Below are positions 36,344-45,142 of a stretch of DNA of 64,000 bases, in pieces. Made by a program: the position numbers and the translations under genes. Source of the stretch: Candidatus Magasanikiibacteriota bacterium. GTDB taxonomy: Bacteria > Patescibacteriota > Patescibacteriia > Magasanikbacterales > GWA2-37-8. The stretch covers positions 13,618 to 77,617 of the forward strand of contig JAHFHV010000001.1 in NCBI GenBank assembly GCA_023246725.1. Direction: 5' to 3'. The number at the start of each line of letters is the position of its first letter. The first letter of the stretch is position 1. The notes below the pieces were generated by a model. That model was not told the DNA's origin. It ran no database searches and saw nothing but the letters and a program-made list of their open reading frames with translations.

Positions 36344-36895
36344 GTTTATAGCAGATGATCGCCCGCTCAACGCGCAAGCGCCTGAGCGGGAGGAAAGTCC
36401 GAACACCCTCAGTTTTTTCGCTACCTGCTGAGAAAAGGATAGTGGGTAACACCCACCGTTCCGATGGCAACGTCGGAAAAGGGACAGTGGCACAGAGACA
36501 ATACTACTTTGTCGCGCCGCAGCCTTGGCGAAGGCGGAACCATAAGAATCCCCGCCTTCGCCAAAGCTATGGCGCGGCAAAGGAAAGGTGAAAAGTGTAT
36601 GGGAGTTTTGGTTCTTAAGACCAAAGCTACGATACTCCGTCCCGTAGCAATGCGGGATGTGTGCTAAACCCTGTCTGGTGCAAGAGCAGCGTTTTCGTCG
36701 CAAGGCGAATTCGTAAAGTTCGCTCGCATTGCCTCGCCGAAGCCCCGCAACTGCGGGGCGAAGGCAGGCTTGATCCGGTTAGCAATAACCGGGCTAGATA
36801 AATGATCATCACCACGGATTCTTTGCACGGATCAACACAGATATTAGTGAAGATCAGTGTAAAAAATCCGTGGTACAAAATTCGGCTTATCGCTG
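36344..36895 (+). ncRNA. rnpB: RNase P RNA (bacterial type A-like) with expansion hairpins
   Basis: P4 halves gaGGAAAGUCCGaac (bulged U) and acaaaaUUCGGCUUAucg, GGGUAAcaCCCACC, cUAGAUaAAUGAuc; ends in terminator hairpin 36896-36934. Confidence 0.65.
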
Positions 36896-36963
36896 TAAAC
36901 CGCGCACCACGACAAAATTTGTCGTGGTGCGTTTGTTAGTCATAAGAAGTTGGGGACTGGCTA

Positions 36964-38028
36964 TTAACTGCTGGTTGGCTCTTCGACTTGCAGATAGACG
37001 CGCTTGGCATCGCCTGGGCCAAAGGTTTCCTGCCCGCAGGCGCTAAAGAGCCAAGGTTTTTCTATGGGGTCGGGCATGGGCTGGAGCTTACCCACCAAGC
37101 GAATGGTTTTTCCTTGATGGTTATCGGCGGCTTGCATTAGTTCGTAAACATCAATTGTTTGTACTGCCAAAACCTCCGTATCTCCCACGGTAAGCAGAGC
37201 GCCAGCGCGCCAAATGCAATCCTCTATTTTTACCTGCTCGCAGCCGCAGCGAGCCGCTTGAGGGAATTTGAGCGTGCCGTCAAGCCGGACAAAAGCATTG
37301 TTAAATTCCGAATGAACGGCCAGGCCGCCGGCGAATGTCTCGCTATTTACGAGCGGCAGTTTATCAGCCGAATGGTCTAAGCCTTGGAGGCTCATCGCGA
37401 TTAAAATTAAAATCGTCGGGATAGCCGCGATCGTCCAAAGAATAATAATTGGTTTCCAGGCAGAAATTTTTTGTTCGGGCGGCAACGCTAAGCGACGCTT
37501 AAGAATATACCACGAGAAAAGCCGTAACAGCGGGAAGCCCACAGCGAGCCCGAGCGCGGCCCAGGGGAACAGATAGGTTCTTAAATTGCTGCAGCCGGTT
37601 AGGACGGGAGACGCGCCGCCCAAAGCGGAAACAAAAATAAGCGCAATGCCAATCGCGAATAAATCAATAAATACGTAAGCCGGATTAGTGCTGGGAAAGG
37701 GGTACTCAACCCGGGGCAGAGCCAGGTTGGGCAGAACCACTGGAATTATCGCGTTGGGCAACATCAGCGGTCCGGCTTTAAGTACCGGCCGGAAACTGTC
37801 TCTAATTAGCTTGGGCCACAGCGTTCGCCACGCCACCCAGCCGGCGGCCGCCAGTCCGATCAAAACAAAGGCCAAGTCGCTGCCGTCAAATGTCAGCTCG
37901 GGGGGCGGACAGCCAAAAAAATTAAAGCGAGCCAACAGGCGGGCTCCCAGCATGCCAAGGCTCATGATGGCAATAAATTCAAAAAACAGAATTTTGACTA
38001 AACTGGCCGCGCGGTACCAGTGGTTCAT
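36964..38028 (-). CDS. Hypothetical polytopic membrane protein with C-terminal soluble domain
   Basis: ORF + hydrophobicity. Confidence 0.45.
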   Translation of the reverse strand: MNHWYRAASLVKILFFEFIAIMSLGMLGARLLARFNFFGCPPPELTFDGSDLAFVLIGLAAAGWVAWRTLWPKLIRDSFRPVLKAGPLMLPNAIIPVVLPNLALPRVEYPFPSTNPAYVFIDLFAIGIALIFVSALGGASPVLTGCSNLRTYLFPWAALGLAVGFPLLRLFSWYILKRRLALPPEQKISAWKPIIILWTIAAIPTILILIAMSLQGLDHSADKLPLVNSETFAGGLAVHSEFNNAFVRLDGTLKFPQAARCGCEQVKIEDCIWRAGALLTVGDTEVLAVQTIDVYELMQAADNHQGKTIRLVGKLQPMPDPIEKPWLFSACGQETFGPGDAKRVYLQVEEPTSS

Positions 38029-38207
38029 ATGGTTGAAGTGACAGATAGGTTAAGTTAGAGCCTCGGATTTTTTATCTTCAAATTTTATTGACAACCCTGG
38101 TTCGTTCTATTATAGTGCTTGTACTCAACTATGTTGGTTGGGTTAAAGGAGGCGCGCGATGTGCTGGCGTGACAACGTTCGTATGGAGAGGCATTGTTTT
38201 ATGGACG

Positions 38208-40055
38208 TTAGACCTCAATCACTACTGGCAATATCATCGGTCGCTTCTCGGTTTTGGTAAACAGGAACTGCCCCACATAATCGCGAATTTTGTTGCGAAT
38301 ATAATTCGTGTCGGCCCAGGTCATGGGGTTGGATTCAATCACCAGCTTTTTAACGCGGTGGCGCAGGTCTTCAATTAATTCTTTATGTTCTTTCAAAAAG
38401 ACGAATCCGCGCGAGATGATATCCGGGTTTTGCACCAGGCGGCCGGTTTTGCTGTCCACGGTGGCAATAATTACTACCATGCCGTCTTCGGCCAGTACCT
38501 GACGATCGCGCAGGACTACGTTGGTTTCGTCACTCACGCCAAGGCCGTCCACGAACACATAGTCGGAGACGAGTTTTTCTTTGGTGAGCGTGCCTACTCC
38601 AGTTTTAAATTCCATTACTTGGCCGTTGTCGGCAATAAACACGTTTTCTTTCGGCATGCCCATAGCGGTCGCGATGCGGCCGTTAAGGCGCAGCATAAAA
38701 TGGTTGCCGTGCTGGGGCACAAAGTATTTGGGGTTGAGGAGAGAAAGCATAAGCTTTACGTCATCGGCTTTGGCATGGCCGCCGGCGTGCACGTCCATCA
38801 TTTCGTAGTGCACCACTTCAGCGCCTTTACGGTACAGCGTGTCTTTAAGGCGCTGTACGGTGCGTTCGTTGCCGGGGATAACGGATGACGAAAACACCAC
38901 CGTGTCGCCGGGAACGAGCCTGACTTCGCGGTGTTCGCCGGTCGCGATGCGCATTAACGTAGCATTTTTTTCGCCCTGTGCGCCGGTACAAATAATCACT
39001 ACTTTTTCGTGCGGATATTTTTCAATCTGCCGAATGTCCACCAGCGTTTTGGGGCTGAATTTTAGGTAGCCCAGTTCTTTGGCAATTTCCACGTTACTTT
39101 TCATGCTAAAACCTCCGAGCGCCACCACTTTGCCCATTTTTTCCGACATTTCAATGAGTTGTTTAATGCGCGACAGGAGTGATGAGAATACCCCGATGAT
39201 AATGCGCCCTTGGGCTTTCTCAATGAGCCGCTCCAGGTTGACCCCAATTTCGCTTTCGGAAATTTGGTGGCCGGGCTGCATGGCGTTGGTGGAGTCCGAA
39301 AGAAGCGCGGTCACCCCTTGCGTGCCGATTTGGGCGATGCGCTGAAGGTCAGCCGGCGGCTCGCCCACGGGCTGGTAGTCAAATTTCCAGTCGCCGGTGT
39401 GCACAATAGTGCCCTCGGGCGTTTTTACCACAATGCCCATGGAATCGGGAATGTTGTGGTTGACGTGGAAGAATTCTAAGGCTAATTGTCCCAGTTGTAA
39501 TTTATCATTCACGCTGATTTGGTGAATGGTGAGCGGACGCACGCCTTTAAAATCTTCTTGGCGTTTTTTAATAATGCCAATCGTCATGGGCAAGGCGTAA
39601 ATGGGCGGGTAGCCAATGTTTGGCAAAATATGCGGGATGCCGCCAATGTGGTCGTAGTGGCCGTGAGTGATAATAACCCCGCGGATATTTTTTTCTTTGC
39701 CCTTTAGGTAGCCAATGTTGGGGATAATATAATCAATGCCCGGCATGTCCTCTTCCGGAAATTGGAGCCCGAGGTCAATTAAAATAATATCATGGCCGTA
39801 TTCAATAAGAGTGCAGTTGCGGCCCACTTCTTCGAGGCCCCCGAGGACAGCCACCCGGAGTTTATTGCCCCCCTGGCCTCTTGGCGATGAGCTTAAGGCT
39901 GCAGGGGCCAAGTCAAGAGGGGCAGGCAATTGATTTGTTCCATTTGAAAACGGTTGTCCGATTGGTCGCGGGGCATTAAAGCGGCGCGTTTGGTAGGTGC
40001 GGCGGCCACGGCGTTGTCCGCCGTGGGTAGAGGCTGTTTTGTTTTTTTCAATCAT
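38208..40055 (-). CDS. rnj: Ribonuclease J (MBL/beta-CASP)
   Basis: ITHGHYDHIGGIPHIL motif II, beta-CASP motifs; Arg-rich N-terminal extension. Confidence 0.88.
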   Translation of the reverse strand: MIEKNKTASTHGGQRRGRRTYQTRRFNAPRPIGQPFSNGTNQLPAPLDLAPAALSSSPRGQGGNKLRVAVLGGLEEVGRNCTLIEYGHDIILIDLGLQFPEEDMPGIDYIIPNIGYLKGKEKNIRGVIITHGHYDHIGGIPHILPNIGYPPIYALPMTIGIIKKRQEDFKGVRPLTIHQISVNDKLQLGQLALEFFHVNHNIPDSMGIVVKTPEGTIVHTGDWKFDYQPVGEPPADLQRIAQIGTQGVTALLSDSTNAMQPGHQISESEIGVNLERLIEKAQGRIIIGVFSSLLSRIKQLIEMSEKMGKVVALGGFSMKSNVEIAKELGYLKFSPKTLVDIRQIEKYPHEKVVIICTGAQGEKNATLMRIATGEHREVRLVPGDTVVFSSSVIPGNERTVQRLKDTLYRKGAEVVHYEMMDVHAGGHAKADDVKLMLSLLNPKYFVPQHGNHFMLRLNGRIATAMGMPKENVFIADNGQVMEFKTGVGTLTKEKLVSDYVFVDGLGVSDETNVVLRDRQVLAEDGMVVIIATVDSKTGRLVQNPDIISRGFVFLKEHKELIEDLRHRVKKLVIESNPMTWADTNYIRNKIRDYVGQFLFTKTEKRPMILPVVIEV

Positions 40056-40103
40056 AAAAAAATATGATGGTTAGTGAATGAAGAAGAAAAAAGTGAGATA
40101 ATT

Positions 40104-40187
40104 GGTGCGGACGGAGGGACTCGAACCCTCAAGGATTGCTCCATACGCTTCTGAGACGTACGCGTATACCAGTTCCGCCACGTCCGC
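40104..40187 (-). tRNA. tRNA-Leu (anticodon CAG) with long variable arm
   Basis: Manual fold: acceptor GCGGACG/CGTCCGC, anticodon stem TACGT/GCGTA loop CTCAGAA, 13-nt variable arm, T-arm GAGGG-TTCGAGT-CCCTC, 3' ACC(A). Confidence 0.8.
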
Positions 40188-40214
40188 ATGTTTATAATGA
40201 TTTGATTGTACCAC

Positions 40215-40240
40215 GCGTACCATGAACCACAAGGGTTCAT
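40215..40240 (-). terminator. Hairpin catgaacc-acaa-gggttcatg
   Basis: Perfect 8-bp stem; weak U-run. Confidence 0.35.
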
Positions 40241-42162
40241 GGCCTCCAACGCTTCGCTGTATTAATGTACCACTCGCTCAAGGCAGCTAAACGGCCGGCT
40301 GGAGAAAAAATCACTTTAGGCAAGCGAATGCCCTTAATAGTAGTATTAGTGATAAAATTAGCCTGCGGCGAATAGAGAAAAATCGCGGGACGATCAGCGG
40401 CCAGTATCTGCGCAAATTGATTATATAATTTTATTCGTTTGGCTTCATCAGTAGTAGAACGGGCGTCTTCTAAGAGTTTGTCAACGCTGCGATTGGCGTA
40501 GAGGCTTAAATTAAGTCCCGGGAACATTACTTGCGATGAGTGCCAAAAAGCAAAGGGATCAGGGTCCGCGCCGATGATTTCGGCATAGAGGAGAACTTCG
40601 TAATCGCGCGTCTTAATTATTTCTCGTCCAATTTGCCGGGGGCTAATAAGCTGAATTTGGGTGGCCACGCCAATCGCGTGCCAGTAGCGGGCAATCGCTT
40701 CGGCCACGGTCTGGTAATCGGATGTGTCCCCGGTCGTAAGGGTGAGTTTAAGAATAATGCCATCTTTGTTTTTGCGGAAAAATGTTTGGTCGGACGGCAT
40801 TTCTTTGCGGACTGTTTCGGCCAAGCCGCTGGTGTCGGCCGCGGGTTCCATTATGGTTGAAGAAGCGGCCGTTGATGAGGCCTGCGCCGCTCCAAGGTTT
40901 TTTTTGAGTTCACTTTGGCGGAGTGAAAAATATTCTTCGGGCGGAACGCGCGTAAAATATTTGTCGAGCAGGGCGTTCGCGGCGGAAACATCAAACGCGG
41001 AGGATGAAGCCGCGGCATCCGGCGCGGCCATTCCCGAGACGAACGGACCCACGGCCCATTCGCCTTCGCCCTTGAGCGCGCTCTCAATCATCTCGGGTTT
41101 ATTAAGCGCTCTTTCCAGAGCGGCGCGCACGTCGTCGGTTTTAAGAAACGCGTTCTTTGTCTGGTTGAAAAAAAGCGCAACGTATTCGGGCAAGTGGATG
41201 GTGGAAAACGTAAAATTTTTCTGCGGGAGTTTAGCGCTTTCTTCGCTCGGCACAAAACTTAAGCCCAGGGCGGTTTGACTCCGGAGCGCTTCAAGCGCGC
41301 TGGCAAAATCGACAAAGAATTTAAAAGTGACTAATTCCAGATGCGGTTTGATTGCGGGAAAATACGGGTTGTGTTTTAAGGTAAGGGTGGTAATGGTCCC
41401 GCCGTTATCCTTGGTCAATTTGTCAAACATCCATGGGCCCGCGCCAATTGGTTCCAGATTGTTTTTGGCGAGCCGGAGACTCCCGGGAGCCAAATCGCCC
41501 CAGCGGTGTTCTGGTAAAATTCCTACGGTGAGACTGTGTAAAAACGGCGCGAAAGGCTCTTTAAGCGTAAAGCGAATGGTGGCGTCATCAATTTTGTCTA
41601 TTTTAATTCCCTCAAAACTGGAGATAAGCGGGCTGCCGACTTCTGGATTTTGAATTGATTCAAAGGTAAATAAAATGTCATCAGGCGTGACCGGTTCGCC
41701 ATCAGCCCACCGCATATCATTTCGCAGCGTGATGTCGTACAGCCTGCCATCGGCGCTTATGGTGTAGTGCGCGGCCAAAATGGGAATTAATTTTTGGTTG
41801 CTATCATACCCCAATAGTCCGCTGTACGTTAGGCTGGTTATGTCGCTATCAATATCGCTGGTCGAAGCAAAAATCGGGTTGATATATTTTGGCTGGCCAA
41901 CCAGGGCTTCAGAATACGTGCCGCCCGGCCCCGCTCCGCTCACGACATGATGGGAAATAAATAAGCCGATCCACGCGAGCGTGCTTAGCATAACCACCCC
42001 CAAAGCTCCCAGCACTAAGCGTTTTTCCCGCGCGTTAAGAAAGGCGGGCAGATATTTTAATTGCGCAAAATTGGGCAGTGAGCGAACGCGCAAACGGCCG
42101 ACTAATTTTTGATCAAGGCGGCCCCCAGCCACTACTGATTGGTTGGTTCGTTTTGAAAACAC
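40237..42162 (-). CDS. ABC-type substrate-binding protein, family 5 (oligopeptide/nickel-binding fold)
   Basis: Family 5 SBP motifs; N-terminal TM anchor. Confidence 0.7.
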   Translation of the reverse strand: MFSKRTNQSVVAGGRLDQKLVGRLRVRSLPNFAQLKYLPAFLNAREKRLVLGALGVVMLSTLAWIGLFISHHVVSGAGPGGTYSEALVGQPKYINPIFASTSDIDSDITSLTYSGLLGYDSNQKLIPILAAHYTISADGRLYDITLRNDMRWADGEPVTPDDILFTFESIQNPEVGSPLISSFEGIKIDKIDDATIRFTLKEPFAPFLHSLTVGILPEHRWGDLAPGSLRLAKNNLEPIGAGPWMFDKLTKDNGGTITTLTLKHNPYFPAIKPHLELVTFKFFVDFASALEALRSQTALGLSFVPSEESAKLPQKNFTFSTIHLPEYVALFFNQTKNAFLKTDDVRAALERALNKPEMIESALKGEGEWAVGPFVSGMAAPDAAASSSAFDVSAANALLDKYFTRVPPEEYFSLRQSELKKNLGAAQASSTAASSTIMEPAADTSGLAETVRKEMPSDQTFFRKNKDGIILKLTLTTGDTSDYQTVAEAIARYWHAIGVATQIQLISPRQIGREIIKTRDYEVLLYAEIIGADPDPFAFWHSSQVMFPGLNLSLYANRSVDKLLEDARSTTDEAKRIKLYNQFAQILAADRPAIFLYSPQANFITNTTIKGIRLPKVIFSPAGRLAALSEWYINTAKRWRP

Positions 42163-42234
42163 AAATTGAAACTGCAGAAGAATTTAAAAATAGGGAGCGC
42201 GGCAGTCCTGTGTGTACAGAGTGAGAAGTTGAGG

Positions 42235-42453
42235 TTAAATGATTAGGCGCAGAAGGGAGCAGCCAAAAAATACCGCCGCAATCACCATAGTTGCGTAATG
42301 AAGAATTTTATCCACCCCGCGTTTGGTGGAATAGATGTTGCTGGAGCCTCCAAACACGCCGCCAAGCCCAGCGCCTTTTTGCTGGAGGAGAATCACCACG
42401 ATTAGAAGGGAGGCGGCAATAAGCTGGCTAAGAGTAAAAATTGTTTCTTTCAT
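42235..42453 (-). CDS. secG: Preprotein translocase subunit SecG
   Basis: 72 aa, two TM, LLQQKGAGLGGVFGGSS signature. Confidence 0.8.
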   Translation of the reverse strand: MKETIFTLSQLIAASLLIVVILLQQKGAGLGGVFGGSSNIYSTKRGVDKILHYATMVIAAVFFGCSLLRLII

Positions 42454-42577
42454 AATGTTTAGAAGCGGATACGGGCGAATAGTAACGCGGATATACGCAG
42501 AATCATACCAATAAGGATACCACGGGGTTTAATCTTTGTCAACTGCGCGGTTGTGTGTTATGCTACCCCTTAACTGG

Positions 42578-42706
42578 GAAATCCGAATGTCGAATATCGA
42601 AGCACGAAACAAATTCGAATGATCCAATGTACAAATGGTATATTGTTTTGAACATTATAATTTTGGTTATTTGGCATTGTTTCGAACTTCGTGCTTCGGA
42701 TTTTCT
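42578..42706. repeat. Long imperfect palindrome in secG/dsbA divergent intergenic region
   Basis: gaaatccgaa...cgaagcacgaaacaa vs ttgtttcgaacttcgtgcttcggattttc. Confidence 0.5.
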
Positions 42707-42745
42707 AAGTGAGTAGTTTACTTTCGTTTTAGTTGATTATTCTGT

Positions 42746-43510
42746 ATGGAAGATTTTGGTAAGCCAACAAACAGGTGGCATCAAACCTGGTGGGGAGTGG
42801 TATTAATCAGCCTCGTCGCGCTCATTTTTATTATAGTTATAGTTGTGGCCGGCTTTACCAGCTGGTACTGGTGGCAAATTCGCCATGGCGCAGGCGCGTT
42901 TTTAAGCAGGCAATTTGCCGCTCCGTTTACGGTCTCGGTGGCGGGCAATACCGTTAAACCAAGAGCAACGGACCGTGCGGCGTTAGAAATTGCTACGGCG
43001 CCGGCTTTGGGCAGGCAAGGCGCCCCCATTACGATTGTTGAATTTATTGATTTTAAATGCCCGAATTGCCAAGCGGCCGCCCCGATTATGCGCCAGCTTA
43101 TGGCCAAGTATGGCTATACCGCGCGGCTCCTAGTCAGGCATATTCCGCCGGAGTCGATGCATCCGGGCACCACGCGCTTGTCTGAATTTGCTTGGTGCGC
43201 TGGCGCGCAAGGGCGCTTTTGGGAAGCGCATGATTGGCTGTTCAGCCGCCAGGCTGAAATTTCGGACGCGCCAACCCCAGCAGAGCTCGCGGCGCTATCC
43301 CGGGAGGCCGGGCTTGACTCGCAAAAAATGAACGCTTGTTTAAATGGGCCCGCGGCCGAGCGCGCGGTTAAAGCCGATTATTTTGACGCGCTCCGTTTTG
43401 GCGTGCGCGGCACGCCGACGTTTTTTATCAATGGGCAAAAAATTGAAGGCGTCATTCCCTTAAGCGCTTGGGAAAATTATTTTAAGACTATTATTCCAGC
43501 CATTAAATGA
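42746..43510 (+). CDS. DsbA-family thiol:disulfide oxidoreductase, membrane-anchored, CPNC active site
   Basis: ITIVEFIDFKCPNCQAAAP, FAWCAGAQGRFWEAHDWLF. Confidence 0.8.
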   Translation: MEDFGKPTNRWHQTWWGVVLISLVALIFIIVIVVAGFTSWYWWQIRHGAGAFLSRQFAAPFTVSVAGNTVKPRATDRAALEIATAPALGRQGAPITIVEFIDFKCPNCQAAAPIMRQLMAKYGYTARLLVRHIPPESMHPGTTRLSEFAWCAGAQGRFWEAHDWLFSRQAEISDAPTPAELAALSREAGLDSQKMNACLNGPAAERAVKADYFDALRFGVRGTPTFFINGQKIEGVIPLSAWENYFKTIIPAIK

Positions 43511-43525
43511 ACTAAGAATTGAGAT

Positions 43526-44968
43526 ATGCGCGCGTTTTTTTTGCTTATCATTGCCAGTTTTTTTATCGCGGTCTCGCCCCCCACGGCTTTGGCCGCGGAG
43601 CCTAAGATTGATCCGGCGTTTAATCCGATTTGCTGGCAAGAAAAGGACTGCGCTTGCGCCCGCGCTAAATTTTTGCGTCTTGATTGTAAAAATCCCCAGG
43701 ACCCAGCTTTGCAAGGAGGATTTGTGCGCGGCGCGGCCCCGTGCGACGCGACCGGCTGGGGCAAATGTTTGCCGGTTGGCAAAACCGTAACCGAAATTTC
43801 GTTTGGCGGCAAGCGGGAATTTGCCAATGTGGCTGTTTTTATCCAGTTGTTGTACCGTTATGCCATTGGCGTCGCGGCCATTATCGCGGTAGCCATGATT
43901 ATGGTAGCGGGCGCGCAATGGATTACGTCCGCTGGCAACAGCGAGGCCATTGCCAGCGCCAAAAAACGCATTGGAGGCGCCCTCATGGGGTTGTTTCTGG
44001 CGTATCTTTCTTTTTTTATTTTGAACGCGCTTAATCCAGCGCTGGTAAATTTTCGTTTGCCCCAGGTTTTTATGGCCCGCCCAAGCCATGCCGTGCCGCA
44101 GTTTTGTTCCACGGTTTCTTCCACCGGCCAGTTTGAATTCGCGGCCAGCAAGGACAATCAGACCGTTAAGCCCAGCCTGTCGGCCCAGGCTAGTTTTTCT
44201 TTAGCGTATGCCGACCCAGCCGCCCGGGATAAATTTGTCTGCGGCAACCGGCTGTTTATTAAAAATGGCGGCGAGCAGACGTGTTTTGGAGATGTGTGCA
44301 ACCCGGGAGCAATGTGTATTGACTTGGATGATCTGGGAAAGACCGCGCCGTTCCATTGTTCTAGCGTCAGCATTATTGGCCGGATTACCAATGATAAGTT
44401 TACTGATTCAGGCTGCCTGGCAGCCACCGCCGGCCACTTGCTTTCTGGCGAAGGGTGGGAGAGTCCTCTGATTGTAAGCCATTGTAAAGTTTGTTCAAAC
44501 AAACCATGGGTTATTTGTAAGAATGGAACCAAGGTTAAAATTAGCGATGCTCGCGGCGAACTCTATGAGATGGAAGACCAGCAAAGTTATTATTTTTCTC
44601 TGTCCGGTTTAATGATTGATAATGCCGCCAAGCAATGCGGAAACCAAGGAGCAAAAGGAATCGTGATTAATTTTGAAATGAATGAAGACTGTGATATGAC
44701 AAATGAAAATCATTGGATTGGTTATGATGGCGAAGCCGGCGCTAACCAGAACCGAGGCAAGGATTTGGGCGATGATAGATTTTTTGAAAAAAATTCTGCG
44801 ACCATGCCGGAAAAATATTTTATTCCGCTGGATAAGGTTAAAAAAGGCATTATTTTAAATGTGTTTGCCGCGTCGGATATACATGATATTGACTGCCCGG
44901 GAGTGTTTGACAGCAAGGAATGCGACGCGGTGCGCGCAAAATTCTATTCGGACTTGCTTCGAAATTAG
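43526..44968 (+). CDS. Exported Cys-rich protein with internal VirB2/TrbC-pilin-like two-helix hairpin
   Basis: Signal peptide; AIGVAAIIAVAMIMVAGAQWITSAG-NSEAIASAKKRIGG-ALMGLFLAYLSFFILNALNP; 20 Cys; paralogous region in 53848..55422. Confidence 0.55.
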   Translation: MRAFFLLIIASFFIAVSPPTALAAEPKIDPAFNPICWQEKDCACARAKFLRLDCKNPQDPALQGGFVRGAAPCDATGWGKCLPVGKTVTEISFGGKREFANVAVFIQLLYRYAIGVAAIIAVAMIMVAGAQWITSAGNSEAIASAKKRIGGALMGLFLAYLSFFILNALNPALVNFRLPQVFMARPSHAVPQFCSTVSSTGQFEFAASKDNQTVKPSLSAQASFSLAYADPAARDKFVCGNRLFIKNGGEQTCFGDVCNPGAMCIDLDDLGKTAPFHCSSVSIIGRITNDKFTDSGCLAATAGHLLSGEGWESPLIVSHCKVCSNKPWVICKNGTKVKISDARGELYEMEDQQSYYFSLSGLMIDNAAKQCGNQGAKGIVINFEMNEDCDMTNENHWIGYDGEAGANQNRGKDLGDDRFFEKNSATMPEKYFIPLDKVKKGIILNVFAASDIHDIDCPGVFDSKECDAVRAKFYSDLLRN

Positions 44969-45025
44969 TTTTGGGGTATACTGGTTCCTTATTAAATAGT
45001 CTGCATTGCTCAATGCATTTTTACT

Positions 45026-45135
45026 GTCATCCTGAGCGTAGCGAAGGATCTCTGTCCGGTTCAATTCTCACATTGTTCTATTGCTATATTGTTAGTGATT
45101 GAGACAGAGATTCCTCCTTCGTCGTCGGAATGACA
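45026..45135. repeat. MITE family 1 copy
   Basis: gtcatcctgagcgtagcgaaggatctc ... cgtcggaatgaca. Confidence 0.8.
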
Positions 45136-45142
45136 AGACGTT

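Noticed and set aside
36155-36878. Minus- and plus-strand ORFs of 65-182 aa overlapping 36155-36878
   Set aside because: Region carries RNase P RNA hallmark motifs (GGAAAGUCCG, UUCGGCUUA, UAGAUAAAUGA) and a dedicated promoter and terminator; the ORFs are translation artefacts of a structured RNA.
40052-40249. 65-aa ORF on minus strand
   Set aside because: Overlaps the tRNA-Leu(CAG) gene (40104-40187) whose cloverleaf folds cleanly.
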